From: Raillietiella orientalis
Lineage: Eukaryota
Direction of reading: 5' to 3'
NCBI GenBank assembly: GCA_036172245.1
Contig: JAYWIR010000042.1
Coordinates: 1,426,001-1,490,000 of the forward strand
Length of the DNA stretch: 64,000 nucleotides
Shown: in pieces, positions 26,801-38,800 of the stretch
How the letters are laid out: each line of letters begins with the position of its first letter
How positions within the stretch are numbered: the stretch's first letter is position 1
Notes under the pieces: model-generated
Databases searched by the model: none
What the model was told of the DNA's origin: nothing
Seen by the model: the letters and a program-made list of their open reading frames with translations, nothing else
Made by a program: the position numbers and the translations under genes

Positions 26801-29800
26801 GAACGTTTCGTGTTCGATTGGTATACAAAAGCGTACAGATGGTTCGTGATAGTGGTAGTTAACGGTTGTGCTTGCCAGATGTCGACGAGTGCGCCGAGCC
26901 CGGGCAGTGCAGAGGAGGCCGTTGCCAGAACGTCCCCGGATCCTATTTCTGCGACTGCCATCCTGGGTACAGGATTTCCGAAGACAGGAGGACGTGCATT
27001 GGTTCGTGAAAGACCACGCTTTCTCTCCCTCGGGAGTCATTCTAGAGGTCAGACAAGAACGAGTGCACAGAGGCCGGCATCTGTACCAACGGCGTATGCA
27101 CAAATGTCCAAGGGTCCTACAAGTGCCACTGCGAGCTGGGATATAGGCTCAGCGCCGGAGGCCACTCCTGTGTAGGTGAGGTCGGTCGTGTCAGTGGTGG
27201 GCAAGAACGAGGAAACGAAAAGGAACGCGGACTAGGAATGATGAGTCCCGAGCAGGATGCAGATGCTAGGAGTCTCCTTCCTTCTCTTCCCTTTCTCCCT
27301 GCAATGGATTCTTTGATCTTTCAGACATCGACGAGTGTTCCGAGAACACCCGCCTCTGCTTGCGAGGTCGCTGCGTCAACGTCCCCGGCTCTTTTCGGTG
27401 TGTCTGTCCAGAAGGACGGCGGCTCTCAGGAGATGCGACCCACTGCGTGGACGTGGACGAGTGTTTCTCTAGCGTCCACCGACCCTGCGGCAACGATGGG
27501 CGCTGCGTCAACACGGACGGATCCTTCCGGTGCGTCTGTGCGACCGGGTTCGCTTCCAGCGAGCTGGAGAACAGCTGCGTGGGTGAGCTGGGAGGAGGGA
27601 GGAAAGGAGGAAAGGCGCTCCTCCTGTATTCACTGCGCGGACCTTCCGTCCTGCAGACGTGGACGAGTGCGAAGGCTCTCCCTGTTTCGGGGGAACGTGC
27701 GTCAATACCCCTGGCAGTTTCGCTTGCGAGTGCGCGGACGGGCTGACCATAGGCACGGACGGGAGAACCTGCGTGGGTGAGCCATTCTTTCCTCTCATTC
27801 CCTCCAATTAGCCCCTTCCTCTTTTCCTCTCTTCCCACTTATCCACGATGTGGTCGTCCATGAAGATTTCCAGATTCCAGGCGGGACTTCTGCTTCTCCC
27901 ACCAAGTGAACGGAAGCTGCCGCGGCATGTCTCCGGGAGCCATCACCAGGTCCAGCTGCTGCTGCTCCTTTCGTCTGGAGGAGTTTTCTCCTGCTTGGGG
28001 GATCTCCTGTCGGCCGTGTCCCGCCATCGGAACACGGGAGTTCGCCTTGCTCTGTCCCTACGGACTGGGACTCTCCCACGAAGGAAACGGTGTGTAGCCA
28101 CCTATGTTCTCATCTCACCAGGGAACGAGAGTGTCCTTCACGTTCTACCCCTGTCTCTCTTCCATGTTCCCCTATTTCCGGTTCCTCCCCAAAGTCCTCG
28201 GCTGTAGGCTTCGGAGCGATTCGTCAGCGAGTCGCTCCTCGCCCGGTTGCAACGTGGAGGCGACACCAAGTCAGACCCGACGCGAGAGGGAAGCCGGACG
28301 GCGTGGGGAGAGGGGGGTTGCCTTGGCGAGAGAACACTCTCCACTACAAGCCGGCTGCCGCTAGCTGCTTCTCCTTGCGGTCCTCTGCGCGTGCTGTCCG
28401 CAGAGCCCTCCACTGGAGCGTTCCGATCCTTCTTACCTTTCCCGGAAAGTCCTTTAGGGAAGAAAAACCTTTGCCGCACCTCCTGGGCCGTGTTCCTGGG
28501 AGTTCTCCCCCCCCTTACTCACCGCCTCCGAAACCGCTTCTCATCTTCTCGTCTTGTTCCTCTGTTCTCCTCAGACATCAACGAGTGCATCCAGAATCCT
28601 TCCATCTGCGTCAACGGCGGCTGCGAGAATCTCGTCCCGGATTATCGATGCGCCTGCAGTCCGGGGTTCCTCAGCGATCCCTCCGGAAGGCGCTGCGAAG
28701 ACGTGGACGAGTGCGCCGATGGTGGATCCGCGGGCCAGACGTGCCGGGGAGGGCAGTGCCGCAACACCGTGGGAGGGTTCCAGGTGGGAGACTGGGGATG
28801 TGGGGAAAGGGGGGGGGGGAGAGACAGCTCCTCCTATTCTTGGAGTGACCGCCGCCTATGTCCAGTGCATCTGTCCCTCCGGGACTCGGTTGGACCCGGA
28901 CACGGATGCCTGTGTGGACGCGGACGAGTGCTCGGAGCAAGGAGGGGAGGATCTCTGCGGCCGGAACGGTGTCTGCGTCAACGTCCCCGGGAGCTTCCTC
29001 TGCGACTGCTCTCCCGGTTACACCTTTGACGAGCGGAGAGCGATCTGCGTGGGTGAGACGGGCTCCCGTTTGGCTTCCCGGGACGACGACCCGGTGCGCG
29101 CCGGGGCCAGATGGGCGCGTGGGTGCCTGCTGGATGGACGTTTTGGATGGGCGGTGCGAGGACGACGTGGACAAGCCCATGCAGCGGGCCCAGTGCTGCT
29201 GCTCCCTCGGGAAGGCTTGGGGGAGCCCCTGCGAGCCGTGCGAAGTTTCGAGCTGCTTGGAGGAATGCCCTTTGGGGTTTTTCAAGGTGAGTTTCCCATC
29301 CCCACGGAAGATGGGGGGCACAGAGGAGCGGGGTGTGTATGCGCAGCGTGGGAGGCATAGGAGCGGATGAGATCAGGAAGACATAGAGCGGTGAGGGAAC
29401 GGGGACGGCGGCAAACCTGGCACCTCTGTCCGAGTGGGGATTGGCCGAGAAAGGCAGGGGGACGGGGAACTCTTGGTCACCTCATCAGCTGGTGCCTCCG
29501 TAGATGGGCGGAGGAGGGAGGACGTGCATGGACATCGACGAGTGCAGCCTCTTCCCCCATCTGTGCTCGGGAGGAGGCCGATGCGTAAACAGCGAGGGTT
29601 CGTACCGGTGCGTATGCCCTCCGGCCCTCACCCTGGACCCCGCCGGCGGGAGATGCCTGGACGAGAGACGAGGATGGTGCTACCTGCGGTTCCGGAAAGG
29701 CTCCTGCTCGGAACCGCTCCTGGGAGACCACGGGAAGTCTCTCTGCTGCTGCACCGTAGGGAGGGGGTGGGGCGCAGGAAGTGGAGGTCCCTCTTGCGAG

Positions 29801-32800
29801 GAATGTCCCAACCCGGACTCGGCGGAGTTCCAGAGACTTTGCCCCGGAGGACTGGGTTTCGTAGCCGGCGAGGATGTGAACGAGTGCTCCACTTTTTCGG
29901 CCACCTGTCGTCACGGGAAGTGCCGGAACTCCCCGGGGAGCTTCGTTTGCATCTGCGACCCCGGATACGTGCTGGATGAGTACGGGATCGGCTGTGTCGG
30001 TGAGATTCCCTCTCCTGTCGAGATGCGAGTTGGGAGGGGAGTAGGGAAGAAAAGGCGCGGGGGTGACGAGGGGGTCGACTGTTCTCCCTGCTGCGCTCCC
30101 AATGGTCTTCGCTTACAGACATCGACGAGTGTACCATCATGCCGGGAATCTGTGTCAAGGGGAGGTGCGTCAATGCCCCGGGAGAGTTCCGCTGCGACTG
30201 TGACGAAGGCTACGAGAGCTCCGAGATGATGCAGGTGTGCACAGGTGAGTGAGAAACTATGGTGGCAGGAATTGGGGAAGGAAAATCCTCAAGGAAACGG
30301 TTCATTGGAGAGCGCTCTCGAGTCTCTCTGAGCGTGAGTAGGGATGGAGGGGCTCGAGAGAAGTGCATGCTTGTGGGGTCTAAGGGAAGCAGAAGAGGTG
30401 GGAAGACAAGGAGGAGGGCAAAAGGAAAGAGGTCACCGTGCAGGTCACGGCATGCCCAGGCCTAGCGCTCGAGGCCAGCAGATACCTCTTGCTCTGGCCT
30501 TCGAAGTTCAAGGATTGCTACTCGAGAGCGCCTTTGCCTTCTCCCTCCCTTCCTCCTTTCTCCCCCTTCCCCTCCCTCTCTCTCTCCTTCCCTCTTTTTT
30601 CCAGATTACGACGAATGCAGGAGGAACGCCAGCCTGTGTCTAGGTGGCAGGTGCGTCAACACCCCCGGCAGTTTCCGCTGCGACTGCCCTGAGGGACATG
30701 AGCTGACAGCGGATGGCAGTAAATGCAAAGGTGAAGACGGAAAGGGGTGACCCGGGAGGGGAGACCTTTTTCGCGAGGAAGGGATGGCTTCCCGCTCCGG
30801 ACTGGGGATTGACCCGCGAGTGCCTGTCTCCTGGGATCTGCTCTTTCTTTTCTACTTTCGTCCAGCCGCTTCTCTCTGATCGGTGTGCCTCCGTTGTGTG
30901 GTCTGGAAGAAACGACGGGATCACCGGCAGAGACGTTCTGCTTTTCCATGAACCAGCTTCTGATGCGCCTCGTCTTGCAAAGCTTGTCCCCTCCCCTCTG
31001 ACCAGCCATCTCGTGATTACCCTTTTGCAGCTGAGAGCTCCCATCGATCGGAGGACTAAAGGATGTCTATAGTGGGAGGCTACAGGGCTTTGAACGGAGC
31101 GAGGCAATGCTGTAGAACGGGGAAGGAAGGGAAGAGGGGGCGGAAGAACAGTAGCCTCGGTCGAGTCAGGGCGGGAAGGGAAAAGGGGCAGCCGTCTCCT
31201 TCCTGTTCTTTCCAGGAAATCCCTCGTCTCGTTGCCTCCGTTCCAGATATCGACGAATGCTCCCGGACGAGCGGAATCTGCTCCCACGGTATCTGCGAGA
31301 ACGTATTGGGAAGCTTCCTTTGCACGTGCGACCAAGGGTACCAGCAGACACTCCAGAAGACCCGCTGCGAAGGTAAACGGCGAATCCAAAGTCCTCTACT
31401 CCCCACTCCACCGCCCATTCTCCTCCCTGCAGTCATCCCTTTCCATTGTTTCCCATGCCTTCACTTGCAGATATTGACGAATGTCTTTTCGGAAACGGGA
31501 ATTGCGAAGAGTTGTGCCTCAACTCTCCAGGAAGCTACTCTTGTGACTGCCTCGAAGGGTTCAAGCTGACCCCTGACAGACACGGCTGCCAGGATATGGA
31601 CGAGTGTCGGGATGATCCCCTGATCTGCAGGGGTGGAGACTGTATCAACGCTCCGGGAAGCTACTACTGCACCTGCTCAGAAGGATTTGTGGAAGCTTCC
31701 GGAGGAAGGTCCTGCGTAGGTGAGGGCAAGGGAAGAAAGTCTCTGTTTGGAAAAAAAGGAGGAGGAGGAGTAGCAGGGGTCGTTTGCTTGTACTGTCTGC
31801 GAAGTCTTCTACTGCAGCGTAGCGAGCCCTCTTACCTTTCCCGGAAGGTCCCTTAGGGAAGAAAAACCTTTGCTTCACCTCCTGGACCGTGTTCCTGGGA
31901 GCCCTCACCCCCTCCGAAGCCGCTTCACATCTTCTCATCTCATCCCTATGTTCTCCTAAGACACCAATGAGTGGAGAACCAAGCACCCTTTTCGGGAAAA
32001 GATCAGGAGGTTGAGGAATTGGAGTAGGAGAAAGGAGAGAAGCAACCAACACCCTGGCCGAAGGTGCGCGATGACGTCGTTCGTTCCTTGGTAGTCTTCA
32101 CTGGAGTTTCCATATCCCTCACCAGGCTAGAGCACCAGCAGAATGGTCCCTGCTTTTAGGTTCCTACTCGTTTCTCTCATCTCCTACTGCTATTTCCCAT
32201 GACTCCTTCGGAGGAAGAAGGGCCATTTGAAGCAGAAGAAGATTTTCTCCATTCCTCACTCTTCCTCACACTTCTATCAAAGGACTCTTTGTGATTAGGA
32301 AGGGAGGGGGGAGGAAGAACGAATGTCAAGAGGCATCCGTGGCTCTTTGTCCGTTCTTGCAGATGTGGACGAGTGCATGGCTGACCGTGAACTCTGCCTC
32401 CACGGGACCTGTCAGAACTCACCAGGCTCCTTTTCCTGCCTATGCGAACCCGGATACCGCACTGTTCCGGGAAATGCAAGCTGCTTCGACGAGGACGAGT
32501 GCGCCGCACCTGACGGGGTGGCTCCCTGCGGCGCCGACGCCGACTGCGTCAACGTCCAGGTAAGGTCTTTCCTCCTTTCTCGGTTCTCATGGAGGATCGT
32601 CGCCCGCTCCTTAGGGATCCTTCGAGTGCATCTGCCACGCTGGCTTCACAGGGGAGACATGCGAAGACGTGGATGAGTGCAGTTTCCCGGGAGGAGACGG
32701 GTGCCACCCGGACTCCACTTGCGTCAACACCCACGGATCCTTCGATGTGAGCGGAAGAGGAGCTTCATCCTCGGGGATCCCCTTCCCTTCGTTTCCCATC

Positions 32801-35800
32801 TCAGAACTTATCCGTTTTTCCTAGTGCGTCTGCCTTCTGGGATACTCCGGGAACGGGTCGTACTGCTCGGACATCGACGAGTGCATCCTGGATCCCTCCC
32901 TGTGTGAGCACGGGAGCTGCCTAAACCTCCCGGGTACCTTCCGCTGTGACTGCGATGTGGGTTTCATGCACCCAGAGGGTTCCAACCAGCAGGCATGCGT
33001 AGGTGAGCCTCCCGTCTCGCTGCTCCTGGAAGGGGGGAGGACATGAAATATGAGAGTGAAGGGGATTGGGGGACTCTGTCAAAGTCTACTCCTTCGCTTC
33101 CGGACGAGCTGCTTTTCGGTAGTGAGGCCTGTTGTTTGCGATCTCCCCCCTCCTTCACTTCCCCTCTTCCTGTCCGCACTCGGATGTAGTTGATAAAAAG
33201 AGACCTCATCCTCCTCTCCTTTCTAAGGGGAAAAAAGAAAAATCACCCGACGGTCATCCTTTTCTCCTTCCTCCGTTGATTGCGCTCGCAGCGTTTGGAC
33301 TCCTGCATCCGTTGACCTTTCCGTGTCGGCGTGAGCGCACTCGACTGCTTTCCTTCATCTGCCTCTGGCACTCCTCCTCCCCGCTCTTTCTTTCCTCCGG
33401 CGTTTCTCCAGAGTCCTCTCTCTCGGATGCAGTCTGCTCTCCGGAGTCTCCGAATAAAAGGTGGACCTCTGAACCCACACCCTTCTCAATCAGAGGCAAT
33501 GACTTCGTCTTCTCTTGCTTTCCAGAAGGGCAACGACTGCCAGTAGTTTTGAGCGGGTTTCCTCCAACTTCGGGAGATAGTTGGAAGGAATAGGGAGGGA
33601 AGGCGACTTAATTTTGGAAAGAGGGAGGTGAGAGCAGTCATCTATCTTCTTTCCTGCTCACTACTTTGTGGGAGACTGCTTCCGTTTCAACTCATTCACT
33701 AGGAACAGAGGAGCACCATCCTTCTCTTCACAGAAGGGACTCCTGGAAGAGGCACCTTCTCGTTATGAAGGACTTACTTTGTGACCCCATTTCTTGCCAT
33801 ACTTTGGAGCAGAGGACAGCGGGGCAGCAGAGAGGAGCGCTCCCTGGAGCTTCCCGTTCGGCCTCATGGCGGTAGCATCCCGATGAGCTCATTTCTGACG
33901 GCATTCCGGGTCTGCCGCCGGTGCTGTCCCCGCCCTTTCCTAGGGGCAAGAGATGTCGCTGGAAATGTGCTCACGTGGACTGCAGCATGTGAACTGCATT
34001 CTGTTTTGAACCACTGCGCAACCGGTCGATCGCGGCAGCGAATGTTGAGGCGACGCTTCGCGGCTCCCGCTATTCCGGGAAGAAGACCGGGCGTTGTGAG
34101 GACTCTGACCACCTTCACCCTACTCCGCATCCTTCCTGGGAACCCTACGTCTCTGTGTGTATGCTGGCGCATAGGCGAGATGCTTGTTCGACCCACTGCC
34201 ACCCTCTTCTGCTTCTCAGACATCGAGGAGTGCGAGATGTTCGACCAACTCTGCATATTTGGGAGATGTGAGAATGTTCCTGGAATGTTCGAGTGTATCT
34301 GCAATGAAGGGTACCATCTGTCCGAGGATGGAGGTGAGACTTTCAAATGACTTTCGGGATAGGCTGCTGCTGTTGTCGTGAATGTTTTGGTTCGCCATGG
34401 AACGCTCCCCACCCCCCCACCCATCGCCACGTGAAAGGAAGGACCAGATCAGGGAGCCGAGGAGCGGGAACGGACGAAGGGAAGGAAAAGTGATAAGGAA
34501 GGATTGCTCCATCCGCCTCCGTCGCATCGGCGTTTAAAGGATTGGATCCATGCTGACACCAGTCTCTGAGGTCGCATCTCTGCAAGGCCTCCTCAGGGAG
34601 CGGAAAGCGGTCGGTCGAAAACCGCACAGACGTATACAAAGTGAGCCGTGAGGTGCTGCGCGGTTCCGCGAGACGCAAAGAGCGGCTCGCCGGCTCCAAT
34701 CCGAGTTCTCTCTCGGTCAAACAGTCTCGCGTGCACAGCGCATTCTTCCCTCCCCCCCATGAGCGAATAGTCATCAGTCGTGGCACAGCTGACCATTACT
34801 AGAAGCGAGGGCGACTTCGAAGCGAGTGAAGGCGCACACGAGCGAGGCCAGGCTGCGCGAGGATCACACGTGCGAGATGCCATCGCCAGGGGCGCGCGCG
34901 ATTCACCGTTTTTTGCTCGAAGGCACAGGATGATGAGGTGGTCACCTGGGTGGTCACCCTTCACGATGTATGTGGGAGATGTAGCCTTCCCATGCGAGGC
35001 AGCGTGACGCGGAGCGGATAGCAAGAGGAAAATAGAGAGCACTTCAGGGCTCTTCCCGAACGAAAGCATCCTGGGCACGTTTCGTCGATGCCGCATTGAG
35101 ACGAGGGGCGCTTTGGGAGTGAGAAAGTTCCTGAATGCGTTTCCTTCCATTCTGTTCTTTATTTCCACCCTCATCACCACCCCCTTTCTTCTACCCTTCT
35201 TCCTCCCTTTCTCTTTCAGGGAACTGCACAGATGTAAACGAGTGTGAGAACCCGGACGTGTGTCTTTTCGGCACGTGCGTGAACAGCCGCGGCTCTTACA
35301 GATGCGTCTGCCCTCCAAACTATCGTTTGGTCACCGGAGCGAAAGCGTGCGTAGGTAACGCAGAATGCGGCGCTCAAGAAGCCTCCAGCACGGCTTTCCA
35401 GACGACCGCCTGGGCACGTGCTTCTCGTCTTACGTAAAGCCTCACGACACGCACCGAGGAAGATGTGCACAGCCCATTGGGGTGTCCGTGACGAAGTCCA
35501 CCTGTTGCTGCTCGATGGGAAGAGCGTGGGGACCTTCGTGTGACGAGTGCGCCGCCCCTGGAGGTGCCGAGTACGAAATCGTGTGCAGCGGAGGTCACGG
35601 ATTCCGTCCAAACGTCCAAACGGTTCGGGACTTCTAGGGTCAACCCTGAACCAATTGGACTCATCCAAGGTCATGCTGGAGGACATCGACGAGTGCACGG
35701 AGTTCCCCGCTCTGTGCCTCAATGGGAGGTGCACAAACAACTTCGGAAGCTTCAGCTGCTCCTGCAAAGAGGGATACCAGCTGTCAGAGGACAAGGAGCT

Positions 35801-38800
35801 CTGCATCGGTAAATCTCGCTTCTGGATCTACTTGACGTTTTCCTTCTCTCCTCTGAAATTGATGGAACAGACATTGATGAATGTGCTGAAGGCACCCGTT
35901 GTGAGCATGGGGAGTGCACGAACACTATGGGATCATTTTCCTGTAGTTGCCCCGAGGGATTTGAGCTCAACCCCAGCAGTCAGTCCTGTATCGACCAGAG
36001 GAAGGGATTCTGCTACATGGGCTTTGCCGACGGTATCTGTTCCGAAGCCACCAGGAAGAAGGAAACACGCATGATGTGCTGCTGCTCTATGGGGAAAGCC
36101 TGGGGAGACGATTGTCAGCCTTGCCCGATACAGGGGACTGGTAAGTCAGCCCGTCTCTCCTACTTCATGGAAGATCCTCGCTTTTCTTCTTGAGGAAGCT
36201 TTTGAGATCAGATCTGCTGCGTTAAAGGTACGAGTGAAGAGTTGCAGCGTTTGGCTCACAGAGAAAAGTTCTCCGAAAGCCAGTGGGTCACTTTTTCCCT
36301 TCTTTGCTCCCACCTCTCTTGTGCTCCTGCCTGTGTCCCTGTTCGGCGGAGAGTGTGTTCCGCATGCTCCATCTGAGGGATTGCCGTTTTCCCACTACGT
36401 TCTGAAGATCCTTGAATCCATCCGAGATCCACTTGGATCCGAGGATACAGGTGGACTGCCATTCACCGTCTAGTTACGGTAGAGAGACGTTTTGATCTGA
36501 AGACCGAGAGTGCCCTCCAATGTCTCGGGAAGAGACCAATCACCACCCCAGTGGCATTCTGCCCTTTTTGCAAGCTGCACGAACCCTGGAACCTCAAAGG
36601 GATATCTGAATTCCCTCCTCGAATCAGAAAACCTCATTGCTTTTGTTCGGAAGGTCAATAGGCGGCTTCCTGATAGAAGTAATCACCAATCCTCCCAATC
36701 CTCCGAAGTATGATCGTTCCCACCCTAATAGCCTTGAAGAACCGAGCCCCGATCAGTTTGCCTTCTGACCCCCTGGATTTCGGAAGAGTGAGATAGCTCG
36801 AGGAGAAGATAGGTGAGAACCAACCTCAAGTGAACAGCTTCTAAGACCGGACAGATGGGAACTTCTCCATCCTAAACGAGAGCGTAAGTTCTCGCTTAGC
36901 TGGAGAAGCCCTATCCTCGAGGCGATAGGAATCGAAATTCGCTTCCAGCTGGTTACTCTTACCCATTCACGATCCTCTTTCTGGATTGCGCTGCAGACGT
37001 ACTTCCTCATTCTTCCTTTCGACGCCCTACCCAATGTCCAAGGATAAGATCGTAGTTTTTCTTTCCATCGGAGAGCTCTGGTCGAAAGCACCACTGTGTT
37101 CCCCTAAAAGTTTGCGAAAAATAGATCTGTCGGGAATGATTCCTCGCACAATCCTGAACGAGATAGGAGATCCTTCCAGTTCCAGTTCCAATGTCTGGGG
37201 AAAGTGCGGTCGACGTGATGATAGTCGGCAACACTGATGTCATATGGAGGACCTTCGTCTTCCGGAAAAACATACCCACGTGATCCAGCATCAGAATGGA
37301 CAGACAAGGTGATGATAGGGATGGATACCGGCATCCCTAACCAAATTTCGTGTTTCCCGTTTAATTTTTTACGACTTTGGCGACCAGACAACAGGAGAGC
37401 GAGGAAATGAAGCTCAAGTAGTGCCTTGAAGAGGATATAGAAATGACTCCGCTCGGTAATGGTTTTATCCAATGTGCAGTGTCTTTCATGGACCTCAAGA
37501 CGTCTCAGTCACTTTCCCGTACCCTGAGTCAATGTGGTAGAGGAAGCGAGAGGGGCGGCACTAACAAACAGCCCAGGAAGCATACCTATAAAGGTCGGCT
37601 TCCGGAGCTTAGAAAAACCATGTAGGCTAGCCCATGGTCGAAATGCCTTATCCTCTCCTTCCTTCATGCTTCACTTTTTTTCTTCTTTTCCGGAGATCTT
37701 GGAAGCAGTTCCGCAGCTCACCCGCAAGAAAGCCTGGAACCACTGGCCAGGACTTTTTTCTGTCTCTTGTAGCTCCTAGAAGATAAACGAATCCCAAGGC
37801 AAGCACCGCCCTCTGGGTCTTCTCTCTGGGAGGTCCTCTTATACCTTCTCAAGCGTAGTTACGAAAGAGGCATTTTGGAGAAGGCACTTTGCTTTGGCAA
37901 GGCGCATCTTCCTTGCAAAGCTGTTTCCCGTGTTTCCATCGCGCGTTCCGCTGGAGATCTGCACTTTGTTCTTCTCAAACGGGACAGTCAAATGAGCAAT
38001 TCTTTCTTGTAGGTGCTGCTGCCTTGCTTCATCTTCATTTACGAGAGCCGTGACGAGTGCACTCACGCGGGGTTGCATGCCCTGGATATTGGAGGCTGCG
38101 CTCATTCTGCTACCTCCGAAAGCTCACCGCTAATTCTTTGCTCACTTTCCCTCACCACGTCAGTCGGACGTCACTCTGCTTTTGTAAAAAGAGAAAAAAA
38201 GAAAAGAATATCTGTCTTTTCCGAAATTTCTTCCAATTCGCCCATTTTCCGGTTGCAGGGTGCCACTCAATTGAAGCTATCGGATTTCAGCTCGTGTCAG
38301 GCGACCCGTGAACACCGAACACTGCTATGCAGCTGAATTAGAGACCTCCATCAGAGGGGGGGGGGGGGGGAGGGAATCCAGCAAGCGCTCTCAAGTAACG
38401 AAGAGTTCTTTTTCCAGGAAACTTCACGGAACTCTGTGGCTTCAACATTGGTGAGATTGTCGATTCCGTGAGTGGGCAAGTTCAGGACATAGACGAGTGC
38501 GCGATGATGGTGGATGTTTGTCGAAATGGAATCTGCGTCAACACGCAGGGGAGTTTCTGGTGCGACTGCTTCGAAGGATACCGAAGCCACGAAGTATTCA
38601 ACTCTTGCCTAGGTAGGTATCAGGTTCGAGAGCGCTTGTATCAAGTTGTGCCTCCTAAGACATCAACGAATGCACTTCGACGGCTGGCATCTGCGGGAAG
38701 AATTCCATCTGCCAGAACACCGTGGGAAGCTATCGGTGCGAGTGCGCCAAGGGTTACAAATTATCTTCCGATTACGCCACGTGTGTAGGTAAAGTCCGCA

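Noticed and set aside
33985..34030. tRNA A-box-like GGTTGCGCAGTGGTT on the minus strand
   Set aside because: No B-box or cloverleaf; at most a decayed SINE head.
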